Source: an uncultured Clostridia bacterium (GTDB taxonomy: Bacteria > Bacillota > Clostridia > Christensenellales > UBA1242). From it: 64,000 nucleotides of DNA. Location of the stretch: assembly GCA_947626155.1 (NCBI GenBank), contig CANQRC010000002.1:1322-65321 (forward strand). Reading direction: 5' to 3'. Below the pieces are notes generated by a model. It did not search any database. It saw only the letters and a program-made list of their open reading frames with translations, and was not told the DNA's origin. The position numbers and the translations under genes were made by a program. Shown here piece by piece: positions 32,601 through 47,600 of the stretch (within the stretch, counting starts at the first letter, position 1; each line of letters begins with the position of its first letter).

Positions 32601-35600
32601 GGAGAAAGGAACCGAGTCCATCACTGTTACATTTGACAGCAACACAATCACTCCAGAAATTGTAAATCCAATAAGAACAGGCTACACCTTTGGCGGCTGG
32701 ACAACCGAAAGAGGAAACTTGAGCACACTTATTATTGACACTGCCGGAAAATTGCAAGCAAGCGTTGAAAACTTCACCGACGAGGACGCAAATTGGATTC
32801 GCCCAGACGGCGCAACCGTTTACGCATATTGGACAGCACATAAATATAAGATTCGCTTCAATATAAACACGGATGATCCTCTTGCAACAGGCAAAATGGA
32901 TGATCTTGATATGGTTTGGGACGTTCCAAAAGAACTTACAGGAAATCTGTTTACAAGAAAAGGCTATGAGTTCAGCGGTTGGGCTACAAGTGATAAGGGT
33001 AGCGTTGAGTATCAAGACGGCGCAACTGTAAACAACCTCACCTCACAAGACAATGGAACATATGACTTGTATGCAGTTTGGGAGGCAAATACCAATACTC
33101 CATTCACAATTGAAGTTTACTTTGCAGATTTGGAAAATAAGTATCCTGAAGGACTCCCTGTTCAATATACTGATGCAAGGGCAGGAAAAACAGGCACTGC
33201 ACTTAAATTTGAAGACACCGATGACGGCTTTGGCGTAATTTTGACATATACCGGCGAAAAAGAAGTTGACGGCGCAAAGAGCGAGGCAACACTTACAAGA
33301 ACATACAACTACACCGGCTACAAACTTGACAAAGTTGAGACGGGCGACCTTACAAAATACACAATCAATGCAGAGCCAGAGACAGTTGTTAAACTTTACT
33401 TCTTGAGAAGAGACTATACAATTAAAATTAACTATGCCGACGGAGATATCACAGAACAACAAAAACCTTTGCAAAAGACCGAGGGCATCTTTGGGCAAAC
33501 AATTGAAATTTACACTCCAAAGAAAACAGGTTACCGTTTTGACGGCTGGGAATATGACAGCAAACTTGGCCGACTTGAAGAAGTTGCTGGCGCAGATTAT
33601 TACAACTACACATTTGGCGCAGACAAAGAAAACATTAATACTACTGAAAACAAGTTTACGGCAAGATGGAAAGAGTTGATCTACAAAGTTACTCTTGACT
33701 TCAACGACTCAAACTTTGGGAACGGCAGCACCGAAGTTGAGACCTCTCTTGTTACCGGAAAAGGCAGCGTTGAACTTTACATCAAGTTTGATACCACTTT
33801 TGGAGAGTTGAAACTGTCTGAGGACGCAGAGCCAACCGTTGATTTGAGCAAGTTCACAAACGACACATTCAACCGCAAGGGTTACACATTCCAAGGCTTC
33901 TACAAAGAAAGATTCATGCTTCCAGATGCGGCAACAGGCGACAAAGTCACCGACTCAGAGAAGTTTAGCGTTGATTACTTCGGCGAGGGCGTTGTGCCAA
34001 CAGACATCACGCTCTATGCATTCTGGACAAGAAATACTAACACGGCTTATGTTGTAAACCACTACTTTGCAAATCTTGGCTACTATGGAACTGAAACCAG
34101 CGAAGCGAACGCAAAACTTGTTCAAGAGAAAAAGACGGGCATAACCGACACTGCGGCAAAAACGGGAATTGCCACACAAGGGTTGCTTGAGGCAAAAGGC
34201 ATAACAGATTTTAAACTTGAAGGCTTTATTTTGCCTAACCAAGTTACTGCAAATATCAAAGCGGACGGAACGCTTGTGATAAACTATTTCTACGCAAGAA
34301 TTGAGCGCTCGCTCACCCTTACAAAAGACAACGGAATAGACACATTTGGCTTCACAACCCCAAGCGACATTGCGGAAAGCAAGGGCATTAAGAGAGAGGG
34401 AGACCACTATGTTGCTCAATATCAGGCAGCGATTGACCTCACATCTGTTGCAAGAGCAGGCTACACCGCAACCGGCTTCACTTACAGCGGCGTTACCGAG
34501 GCAAATGTAGAAAAGACCGGCACAACCATTAAGTTTAAAGTTGAGACCCAAAACATCACAGTCAACGCAAATTGCATTCCAAATAGATACAAACTCACAC
34601 TTCACCTCAATGAAAACTTGAACGAGACAGCAAGCGCAAGCGGAAATGTTACAATTAGCGAGGACAGGACAATTGTTCTCTATGGCGAATACGAAAGAAC
34701 TTTTGCTACTCTTTATGAGAAAGACGAAAGAGCTGAGGGAGAAAAAGAGGTTTCTCTTGCAGAAATCATCCTTACAATGTATGGCCACGAATTTAAGGGC
34801 TGGTATGATCAAGATATTGCCGCAGACGGAGACCTTGGCAGGGCTAACCTTGTCAGCGCAATAAATCAATTCTTGCCAACTTTGGATGACGAGGGACAAG
34901 GTGAAATTGACCTTTACGCTTATTGGACAATCAACACCTACACACTTACAGTTGAGTTTAGTGAGAAATATCAAGACTCTGAACAACAAGAACACATTGT
35001 TCCAAACTTTAGACCAACTCAAAGCGTAACTGTTAAATATAAGTCTAAGGCAGAGATTAAATTCTTGGCTGTTGCAGGCTACAGCGCTTACCTTGAGGGA
35101 AAAGAAGCTATTAAAACGAACGCAATCACTTCCTATGCTGTCGAACAACTGCTTGAGAACACAACCGTTAAAGTTTATTATATTCCAAATCCATATGTTG
35201 CAACATTCGACTTTGATGATGCAACTAAAGACGGACAACATAAGACAGATGACAAACTTGTAGACTACACAATTCGCATTCCTCTTACAATTCCAACAGC
35301 AACAAGATATGGCTACATCTTCAAAAACTGGGAAGTTACAAAGGCAGACGACTCCAACTTCTCTGTTGGAGACACATACAATCCACAAACCCTTGAAGAG
35401 GGCTACTATGGAAATGTCACATTCACGGCTCGCTGGGAAGTTAGAAAAGATATGCCTTACACCGTTAAAATCTTCAAGATGGAAATTGGTGGAGAAGATT
35501 ACGTTGAGACATCTGAAGTTCGCAAGGACGGAACAACACTTGTTGAGGTTTCAAAAGAATATGACGCAACAAGCGTGACACTTGGCGGCAAGAGATATTC

Positions 35601-38600
35601 TTATGACGGCTTCACATATGACGACACTAAATTTGCCACAAACCTTGACGAAAACTCTTTGATAATTCCAGACAACGCAGAGACCGTTGGCGGAAAGGAA
35701 CTTGAAATTTCTATCTACTTTACAAGAGAGATCTATAATTTCACCGTAAACGTTTCAAAGGGAATTTCACAAGTTGTTATCACCGGGCAGACAAGCGGCG
35801 CAACAAAGACGGAAAATTATACCGCTGAGCAGCAACTTACAACTCACACAATCACAGTTTCGGCTTACTTTGAAGAAGAAATCACCGTGACAGTTACAAT
35901 GGGCAACGGCTATGATTGGAAAGGCTTTGGAATTGTTTCTGGAACTAAGCCAGACGGCTTTGTGGAGGATGGCGCAGACCTTACAACCACATTCAATATG
36001 CCAATTGGCGCATTGACAATTGTTGCAAAGACACAAATTCAATCTCACAAACTGACAATTGACCTCAATGGCGCAACGGCAGTTATTGACGGCTTTGAAG
36101 ATTACCTTGTTGAACCTCAGAAGTATGAGATAGAAAGGCCTTACCTTACAAAACTTGATATTCCAAACCCAACAAGGCTTGGCTACACCTTTGCCGGCTG
36201 GGAGTGGACAACAAAGAATGAGGCCGACGACATCTCGGCAAGATTTGTTGAGGGCAAGGACAAATACACCTATACATTCACATACATTGACGAGGAAGTT
36301 AAAGCAACTTGGACACCAAACAGATATGCAGTTGTTTTGAACTTCAATGATGCAAACTTCAATACCGGCTCAACAAACGCCACAACCAAGAAGCAAATTC
36401 TTGGAAAGAATATTGAGGGCGGACTTGTTACACTTTACGCTGAATATGAAGTTGAAAACGGCTACGGAAGGTTGTTTGCAACTGAGAACAGAGTGGAGGG
36501 CGAACAATCAATCTCAATTGATGCCCTTAACGAAGACTACTTCTCACGCACAGGCTACACATTTGCTGGTTGGTTCTCAGCAAAAGTAGGCGGCAACCCA
36601 ATTACAAGTGAAAACGTTTGCAGAGTTGTTGAAAGCGTCACAATCTTTGCTCATTGGGAGGCTAAAGAGTGGACTTTGACAATTGTGAAAGACAAGGAAA
36701 GAGTTCAAAGCATAACTGTTGCTTCTCACGAGGCAGAGGCAGAAGATAGCAAACAGGCAACATTTAAAGTTAAGTTTGACGAAATGCTTACAATCACAGC
36801 TGTTCCAAATCCAGGCTACAGTTTTGCAGGCTGGGAAGAAGGCGAAGACATCATTGAAACCCAAACAACGCTCACATATCACTATGACACAGATGACGAT
36901 GTCACTTTGACGGCAACAGTAGAGCCAATCACATACACAGTCACATTTGACCGCAACTATGGAAGCGGCGGAACTGAAAGCGCTGACATTGTGTATGAGA
37001 CAAGCAAGTTTATTCAAGAACTTGTTGCTCCTACTCGCACGGGCTATAACTTCAAGGGCTGGACAACAACCGTCACAGATAGATATGACGCAACCGAGGA
37101 TAAGAATGGCGCAGATGTTGTTGTGAAAGGTGACGGAACAATAGTTGCAAACATCCAAGACTTCACCGACGAAAGCGGCAATTGGATTTATGTTGGAGAT
37201 GTAAAAGTCTTTGCACTTTGGGAAGCAAGAGTTTATCAAATTGACATTGACGAAAACAACGACCCAGATATTGACCTACAACTTGAAGCGTTCCAAGCAA
37301 CATATGACAAAGAGCAAGAAATTGTCCAAACACCAGAAAAGCAAGGTTATGACTTTGACGGCTGGTCAACAGAAGACAACAACACAAGAAATGAAGTCAC
37401 AATTGACACTTTGGGCGACTTCTCATCTTTGAGAGAATACTTGAGAGATAGAAATCAATCTGGAATCTACATCTATGATGGTAGATACTATATCTTCAAC
37501 CTTTCATCAGACGAGTATGCTGGCGCGCCAAACACAACAATCTATGCTTGCTGGAAGCCAGGCGTTAGCTCATATAGAGTTGAATATTATCTTGAAACTG
37601 TTGACGGCAAATATGTTCTCGACACCGACGAAGACTTGAAGGACGAACTTGCAAATAAATATCCACTTGTTTCTCACACAAGAGATATTGACCAATATGA
37701 AGACGGAAACCCTGTTCGCACAGAAGACCGCGTTCAAATTGATGAAACTGTAACTTACAAAGGCTTCCACCTTGACCTTGAACACGACGGAACAGTTAGA
37801 AACGGAACAGTGACCAAGTTTAAGGCAGAAGCGCCTTACACAAATGGCTGCCTTGTGCTTAAATTGTATTACACAAGAGACACATTCACCGTTGGCGTTA
37901 CAAGACCAAGCGTTGGGCTTGCAAGTGATTCTCTTGAGCCAAATAGTTTGACTTACAAATACAACACACAAATCACTCTTACGCTTACAACCTCAGATGG
38001 CTACAACCTTGATGTGCTTAACGAAAGCGGCGAGGCAATCCCTCTTGCTGGAATAAAACAAACAATTTCTGAAAACACAGACCAGCAGCATGATGTTGTC
38101 ACCTACACATTCAATATTGAGAAAAATATGCAATTCTCAATGGAACTTAGCGCCCAAAAGAGAAATGTTAAGTTTGAATATTGGTTCGAGGATATTAAGG
38201 GCGGCACTTATAGCAAGAGAACAGAAAAAGTTCCACAGCCAGCGCCAGATGTTGTTGACGAAATCAACTTTGTTGTTGGGCAAACAATAACCTATGCCGA
38301 CATTGAAAACGCTGAGCACATTTTAACCTTTACCGGCTTTGAATATGAGATTATTGTGCCAGAAACATGGACAGTTTTGGCGGACAGCACCCGAAATGTA
38401 ATAAAAATTCAATACACAAGAAATTCTTACACCTTGTCACTTCAACTTACAAGAGGCGTAAACTCTCTTACTGCAGACAAAAACCAAGAAAGCCAACAAG
38501 ATGGTGTGACAACATATTCTATCAAATATGAAGACACTGTGGCTCTTACCCTTGTCATAAATCAGGGCTATTATTTCAGCAAGTGGAATGCAGGAGAGAA

Positions 38601-41600
38601 TCTCACAATCACTCTTGATAGTGACCCATCCACACTTGGCACTCCAGAGGGCGTAGATGAAGATGTTCACACAAGCAGCCACCACTTTGAGATGCCTGCG
38701 AGAGATGTTGTTATAACTGCCACTGTAAATCCAAAACTTGCCGTTGTGACATTGAGACACTGGCGCCAAGGCTTTGAAGACGAAGAGATTGGAATTGAAA
38801 ACTATCCAAGCGAGCTTATGGAAGAAGTAAAATCCCTTGCTCTTACTGATGCACCAATCAGCATTGCTCTTGACGGAATTGATCTTATTTCTTACACTGG
38901 CTTTGAGTATGTTGATTTGACAATTGAAAATCCAAATGCAGATAAAAACTATGAGGGATATGTCGACGGAAACGGTGGAACAATTGTAAACCTCTTCTAT
39001 CAAAGAAAAGAAGTTGTTGTTGACGTGACAATGAACACGGGAATTGAAAGCGTAAGTGTTGTTGTAAACTATTCTAATGAAGATATGAAATACAACAAAG
39101 ACTTAGATCCACAGGTGTTCACTTCAAATGATCAATTTATGCTTAAATATGAAGGAAAGGCAACATTTACTTACCATCTTACTGACGGCTATGACTTTGT
39201 TGGATGGACGGTAAATGGCGGAGAAGTGCAGCAGTCTTGCGAAATTGTTGCAGGCACTGAAAACTTTGTTGTTCACGCAGAGGCAACGCCACATCTTTAC
39301 ACAATCACGTTCCACGGCAGAGACGGAGATGTTGCAACGCAACAAGTTTACTATCTTGAAACTGTTGAACTTAGAAGAAACTCATTTGTATATCGCGGCT
39401 ATTCATTCCTCGGCTGGTCAAGAAGAGAGGGCAGCGAGACGGCAGACGACAAAATGTCTGGCGCAGAGCCTTACACATTCACTTACGAAGACACTGAGAA
39501 TATTGACCTTTACTCAGTTTGGAAAGAAACTCAGTTTACAATTGTATTTGATAGGAATGGCGGAGACGAAGTTACTGGCGAAATGGAGGAAAAGACGCTG
39601 AAATTCTCTGAGAATTACGAAGCGCCAGAATGCGGCTTCAAATACAGAGGACACACATTTGTGGCTTGGGAATTTGAAAACGACAATGGCAGCAGAATTC
39701 AAGTTAAAGTGGGCGAGGGACTTCAAGGCAGAGTTACCGCTCAGGACGGCAAGAAAGTTACATTCTATGCAATTTGGAAAGAGAATGAATACACCCTCAC
39801 CTACAACAGCGGCTATGATTATGAAGGAAAAGAAGAAGAGACATATGACGAGGGCGTAAAATACACTTATAATCAACCTATCACAATGCTTTCTGACGAA
39901 GAGACAGGCTTTGCTCTTACAGGATATCACTTTGTTGGGTGGGCCCTTGAAATTAATGGCAGCATCTTCATCCTTGCTGGGCAAGAGACAACAATTGCAA
40001 AACTGCTTGAGGGCGAAGAAAACATTGACGGCGTTGAAAATGCCAGCGTTTATGCAATTTGGGAAGCAAATGAATATAGAATTCTCTTCAATGGCAATGG
40101 CGGGCGCGGCTATATGTCAAGCGTGAGCGCTAAATATGACGAAGAAGTTGAATTGCCAGGCAATCAGTTCACACGTGACGGCTACGAATTCCTTGGCTGG
40201 AGCCAAGACGCTGACGCAGAAGAGCCTGAAGAGGGCTTGGCTGACAACGGCGAGACAATAAAAGTTAAAAACCTCACAGCAAACGCAGAAGATGTAACCT
40301 TGTTTGCAATATGGAAAGTCATTCCATACAAGGCAACTTACAAATCCGAAGAAGACGGCGAAGAAACCGAAACTCAGGACTTTAATGTTGAAGAAACATT
40401 TAGCCTCCTTTCAAACAAAACATTCACAAAGACGGGCTACAACTTGGTTGGATGGAGAATTGTTGAGGCTGACGGCAATTGGAATGTTCGCTTTGTTGAC
40501 GACATTATGTTCTCATTTGCCGAAGATGGCACGGCTGAGCCAATTTCAGTTGAAAATATGTATGGAAATGTAACATTTGTTGCAATTTGGGAAGCAAAAG
40601 ACATCAAAATCACTGTTTACTATGTTGAGAAAGAAAAGCAAGTTGCTGGTGATGACGCGGCAACCAAGGAGTTGGCATTCTCAGTTTACACAACTTCTGA
40701 GAAATTTGGCGAAAGATATGTTATTGGCTCGCCAGAACACACAGGTTACACTCCAGAACAAGACAGCGTGGACGGAATAATTGAAACCGAAGAGCCAATT
40801 GAAATAATAGTTTACTATGTTGCAAACGACTACACAATCACATTTGACTTCAACAATGCCGAGGGCACTGGCGAAGTGACATTCAATGGCGAGGCAATTG
40901 TTGACGGACAAACATACACGCATAAAGTTACTTATAATCAAGAATACAAAGATGCACTTCCAATTGCAACAAGACAGGGCTATTCGTTCCTTGGCTGGAC
41001 TAGCGAAGGCGGCGTTCAATACACCGACGAAACCGGACTTTTGCTTGACACTAATCTTGTAGATAGAAACACAAAGGCTTGGATTTATGCCGGCGACATC
41101 ACATTCTATGCTAGTTGGAAACAAGAGAACAGCAAATATACAATTGAAATCTTCCTTGAAACACTTGATGGAAGCGAATATGAGGCTGGAAATACCGTTG
41201 AGGCTGAGGCGCTTACAGACACTTATGTTGATGTTGTGGACATTGACGCTCCAACAGGATACAGATTTGTTCGCGCAGAGGGAAGTTTTGTCACCGCTGA
41301 CGGAAAAGCGGTTGTTAAGGCTTACTTTAATAGGACAAGTTACTCTCTAAGACTTGTTGGCACAAGCGGCGTTGAACTGACTGCTGAAAGCACGCCAAGC
41401 ACTGACAATGTGCTTTATCTACAAGACCTTGGAAACGGAAACTATAATGTTCGATTTGGCGCAACAGTTACAATTGGCCACATTATCACAGATTTGGGCT
41501 ACAGCGCAGGAGAATACACAGTTACTCAAGGCGATGTTGAACTTTCCCCAGAACACACATTCGAAATGCCAGCGCATTATGTTGAAATCACGGTTTCTTC

Positions 41601-44600
41601 AACTCCAAGATCTTACACAATAAGGTTTAACGGAAATGGCGGCACGCAAGGCGAAAAGACGAGTTACACACAAATGGGTGAAAACTTACTCTATCTTGCA
41701 CCTGTTAAACTTGAGGACAATCAGTTCACTTATGAGGGTTACAGTTTTGTTGGCTGGAGCACAAGAGACAGCGGCGAGGCAGAATATGTTCCTTCAAACG
41801 GCAGCATAACATTCACCCTTACAGACAACAGCATATTTGAACTTGAAGAACCAATCTTTGATTTGTATGCAGTTTGGGAAGAAGTTACTTTTGAACTTGT
41901 CATAAATTATGGCGACGAACGCGGAAATGGCGTTGACATAACAAAACTTATCATCACTGACGCAACAACAGAAGAACAAATTGCTTATGAAAACAGAATG
42001 AGGGTAAGTTACAATCAAGTTGTTAGAATTTACACTGATTTTGACCAAGACGGTCAGATTGATTTCTTGAAAGGCGGATATTCCTTTGTATCTGTTACAA
42101 CTGCAAGGAGCGGAGCCCCTGTTGACAAGACGGGCGACAACTATTATGAATTTGTCATCAAAGACAATTTGACAGTTTACATAAATGTGACAGCAAACAG
42201 CGACACCGTGTTTAATGTTGTTTACTCACTTCAAAACTTTGACCTCTCTTACACAGATGTTTTGACAGTTGAGGCAAACGGAACAACTGACGCGGTCATC
42301 ACAAGTGAATATTTGGAAAGCCTTGGGCTTATCAGAGATTTTGATGGATTTATCTTCTCTGCAATCACCGACCTTACAAACTCCAGCACAGACCCTGTGG
42401 TTAAGTTTGCCGCAGTTGACAACGAGAGAACAACTGTTTATGTAAGATACATCAGGCTTTCGTTCATGTTGCAACTTGAAACAGAAGTTAAGGGCCTTGG
42501 ACCATTCAATTACTCTTTGAAGACGGGCGCGTTTGACAGCACGGGAAGATATGCATACTACGAAACCACATTCACGCTGACCGCAATTGCAAAAGACGGC
42601 TACACATTAGAAGGCTTCAATGTTTATGCAAGTCAAAATCCTGTTGGAGGAAAAGTTCTTCCAGGCGATGCTGACGAACACGGCAGATGGCTGCTGACAC
42701 TCAAAGAAGACGGCTATTATTACAATGACACAAAAGTGTTCGGCTTTGAGGTTACTGACAGCTTTGATACAGTTTACACAATGCCAGCGTTTGACCTTTA
42801 CATTGTTCCAATTGTAAACCCACTCAAATACAACATTTTGTATTACAAGAACGCCTCAATTGATGAGGAAGAGCCACTCAGATTTGAAGTTACTTATGGC
42901 GAGAAATACACAATTTACAACTACAATGCGCCAGAAATTAACTTCACAAGAGAAAACTACATATTCAGAGGCTGGGCCGGCTCTAAGGAACTTGCAGAGC
43001 GCGGAATTGTTTTGGGCTATGACTTCCATACAAATGACAGGCTTGAATTTAACGAATACACAAGACTTACCGACCTTGAACTTTGGGCTGTTTGGGAAGC
43101 AGAAAATCTTGGCGAATACTTTGTTGTTTATCAGTTTGAAGACGAAAAAGGCGAGTGGGTTGAGAGAGAAGATTATCCTCGTCAACACATAAGCGGCGTT
43201 CAAATTGGCGACGCGGTTTCAACAGAGCCTTATGAAGTTGAAAACTACACATTTGACGAACGAAACAGCACACTTTCTGGCGAAGTTGGATCATTCTACA
43301 CCTTAAGCCTTTATGTAAGATACACAAGAAACTTCTTCAACCTTACCGTTGAGCTTGGCGAGGGCGTGGATAGCCTCGACTTTGAAAACACTGCAAAGGC
43401 AGGGTTTGGAATTGAAGGCATAACCAAAGTTGACGGACAAGAGGGCGCTGCTACAAAATATCAACTTAGGGTTAAGCACGGGCTTTCTATTAAAGTTACA
43501 AGCCCTGCAAAAGCGGGATATAAAGACGCTTTGCTTTGCTACAACTTTGATGTTGGAGAGCAGACATTCACAATGCCAACTGAGGACTTCACAATTCGTG
43601 TTTCAAGAGAGCGCAAAACTTACACCATCACATACATGGCAAAGAATGAAACAGAAGAAAAGCAAATTGGCACTCAAGAATTTGAATATCTTGAAACAAG
43701 AACCTTGAAACCTTTCGCTGAAATGGAAGAGTTCGAATATGTGGGATATGAATTTGTTGGCTGGGAAATCTCTTTGGCAAATGGCAACTTGCTTGAAAAC
43801 GAAGACGGCGAGACTTTGTTTGACGATGGACAAGAATTTGAATACATCTACACCGAAAACCTCACTGCAACCGCAGTTTGGACGCCAAGAAGAGACACCG
43901 ATTACACAATTGTCTTTGTTCTTCAAACGCTGAATGGCAACGAGGAAAGAGAAGTTGCTTTGAAAGGTGTTACCGGCGACGAAATCACAGAACAAGAGAT
44001 ATTTGACCTGTTTGAAGAAGAGGTTGAAGACCATTATGGCTATGACTTTGTTGAAATTGACGAAGAAAAGAGCACAGATTTGACAATTGCTGGTGACGGC
44101 TCAACAAAAGTTTATGTCAACTATGAACTTAAGCACTTTGAAGCTGAATTTGCTTATCTGTTCAAGGCAGAAGAGGTTGAGGGTGAAACTTGCGAGGGCG
44201 TTGAAAAAGGCTATCTCACTCACACCGAGATTGGAGAGGACGAGCCAGTTAAAGATGAGATGAAAAACAAGGGCGTTGTGTCTGTTGTTTATACCTCTCA
44301 AATGACAATTCAAATTTTGATTGAAAAAGGCTATGAATTTGAAAAAGTCACACTCTCTGGCGTAAGCGGAGACGGAAGCGAAGTTCATCTTGAATACACA
44401 CTTCTTGACGAACATGGCTTTGTTTACAGCCAAGAACCAAGAGAGCCAGACGAGTCTGCTGAGCAACCAGACGAGGGCTATGAGGGAAGCGTCAACTTCG
44501 CTATGTTTGCTCACAACATTTTGGTTACGATTGAAGTTTCTCCAATAACATACAAGTTGACATATCATAAAAACCTTGACGGCTTTGATGATGAAAGCGT

Positions 44601-47600
44601 TGAGAGAGACATTGAGTTTAACAGTGAAGTTGCACTTGAAATGGGCGTTGCCACACAATTTGCACAAGAGGGATATGTTCTTCTTGGCTGGGCAATAGCA
44701 AATGAAAATGCCGAAGTTTATGATGTTGAACTTGACGAAGTGTTCGGTCCACAAGAATGGCATGAGGGTGGAAAACTTGAGCCATATTATGAAGAGGGCG
44801 TTCACCTTTATGGCGTTTGGAGAGAAGTGCTTTACAATGTTGAATACAATAACAATTTGGGCGAGGGAACACTTGCTAACTCAGAAAATTTGAGTTATAA
44901 CGACGCCGAACCTTTGAAAGTTCTTGAAGGCGAGTTCACTCGCGTTGGCTATACATTTGTAGGCTGGGCAACAACACCTGATGGGCAAGTGAATGTGGTT
45001 AACTCTTTGGACGAAATTAAAGAACAGGGAAGCGGCATTTACAGGCTTAACGGAATTGATTACGCTTGGAATTTGACCGCTGTTGATGGCGAAACTGTTA
45101 CAGTTTACGCAATTTGGGAGCCAATCACCTACTCAATCACAATGTATTATGACACTCCTGCATCCGCGCAGACTGAAGAACACACCCACAAGATTGAAGG
45201 CATCAAGTTTGACGAAACGGTCACACTTCCATCTTTCGAAAAACTGGGCTGGGAGATCAAAGACGGCTATGAATTTGCTGGCTGGTATTACATGAACGGC
45301 GAAGAGAGGGTTGAGTTTAGATGTGAATACAACTATCCTGATCAAACCGTTTCAAACCTCACGGCAATTGACGGCGGAAACGTTGAACTTTATGTTCTTT
45401 GGGCATATGGAAGAGTTAAGATTGGCGTAACAATTCTTAAAGAGACGCTTGACGGCGAATATGACAAAGAAAAGACTGACGAAGAAAACTATGTTGAGGT
45501 AACCGAAGATGTTTACTACTGGACGGCATACAGGGTTACAAGCCTTGACATCTATGACGCGCTGTCAAGAAACGAATCTTACTCTAGATTTATAAATATC
45601 ACGGGCTTTGAACTTGATAGAGACACTTTCGATGTTATTGAAAGCCTTGCTCCGGGACAAACAATCTTTGTATATTTGAGGCGACAAATTCACACTGTTA
45701 CAATCAATATTTCTGACCATATTGAAAGCGCTTCACTTGAGGCGGAGCACGGTGCAACGCTTGATGAAGAGAGATCTTCTGAGTTTACCTTGGTTTACAG
45801 CGTTAAATTTGGAGACAAAGTAACACTTGCTCTGACCGCAAAAGCCGGATATATTGAGAAAAAATTCATTGTGCCAAGCACGATTAAAGACTTTGACAAC
45901 ACTGCGCTTACATTTACAATGATAGACCAAGATGTTGTGCTTGAAACTGAGGCTAAGGCAGACCCAGCGATGACCTACACAGTTCAAATTTACATTGAAA
46001 ACGCTGAGACCCATGATTTTTCAGATGACCCAATCACTGGAACGGGCACGGGTGCAACCGACAGCCCAATCACAAGGGAAATGGTTCAAAAAGTCATTGA
46101 AGACACGCTTGAAAGCATGGAGGGCCTGGAAGAGCCATACATCATCTTGTCAGACGAAACAACAATTTCCGGAAACGGAGACACAATTGTTAGAGTTGAG
46201 ATAAGAAGAAAATCTCTGCTTGTTGAGGTTCAAACTCAACTTGCCGAGGCATTCTACAGCAACTCCACAACAAGCGCATACTCTTATGGCGCAAATGTAG
46301 AACTCACATTTGTTGTGCGCAGAGGTTATTCACTTGCTCAAACTGTTGGCTTTGAAGATGGCGACTTTGGCTTTGTCTTCTTGTTTGCAGAAGATGAAAA
46401 CTTCACGAGACCAGAAACTTCAGCGTTCAACATTGCCGTTTCCACAGATGAAGAAACGGGCTACCAGAAGTTTGTTGTAACATTCAAGATGACCTCAGTG
46501 GATGTTACATTGAAAGTTAACGCCACGGCAAACACTCACACAAAATACACCGTTCACAGAGAGTTTGAAACAGACAAATTTGATGGATCTTATGAGCCAC
46601 TTGAAGAGGTTGCTGATGATGAAAGATTTGGCACAACAGGTCACGTTTTAACAGAAGACGATATTGGGCTTGAAGAGGTTGAAATTCCTGTTGGATACAT
46701 ACTTGACAAGATTTCGCTTTGGAGCGCAGAACAAAAGATTAGCGGAGAAGAGGACACTGTTGTCACGGTTTACTATAAGCGCGCATTCATTGACCTTACC
46801 GTTCAAATTGAGGGAGACTATGAAGGCATTGTTGAGGGCTCAATTGTTGTTGTCGTTGGCGACGATGCCATCTCGCCATCTGCGGATAGGAACTGGCAAA
46901 TTGCCTACGGTCAAAAGTTTACTTTGTCCGTTGCGCTAAGCGTCGGCTATGACTTCGGCGGATGGGAATACACCTTAAATGGCGAAGAAAAGACCGCTAA
47001 TGAACTTCAACTTAGTGAAACTATGCCAAACACAGCACTTGTTATCACGGTAACAGTTCTTGCTAAGACCGACACCCCATATGAAGTTGAATATTATGGG
47101 CAAACACTAAGACTAGATGAAAATGAGCAGCACATCTTTGAGCAAATTGGACAAGCAATAACGCTCCAAGGAAAGACTTCTTATTACTTCCAAAATGCAG
47201 ATGTTGAGACAATGATTCAAAATATTGAAGAAAACTTCAAGGGGCAATATTCCTCAGAAGAACTTGAAAATATTTTGCGCGGGTTCAACTTACAAGACTT
47301 CACATATTCTGTTTGGCTGAGAACAAATGACGAAGTTGAAGATATTTCTGGCACACCAATTCTCCATGCAGACGGCACAACAATAGTAAGAATTTATCTC
47401 AATTTGAAAGTGCTTAGTGTGGATGTTGAAATTCTTGAAGAATATCAAAATCAAGCATCAAATGTTCAGGGCGTAGGACAATATCTGTATGGCGAAACAG
47501 TTCAAGTTTCAGTTGACATTCTTGAAGGCTACAAATTTGACGGCTGGTATATTGGCGGCGAATTGCAAAGCAGCGATAATCCTTACATTTTCACAATCAC

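Noticed and set aside
33955-35388. A 477-aa minus-strand ORF. Other long antisense or off-frame ORFs inside the giant gene include 21445-22167, 17248-17853, 36577-37239 and 44101-44805.
   Set aside because: These are shadow ORFs of a long, compositionally biased coding region. Their translations are low-complexity and Cys/Phe/Val-rich with no RBS, and the plus-strand frame is continuous with clear domain repeats.
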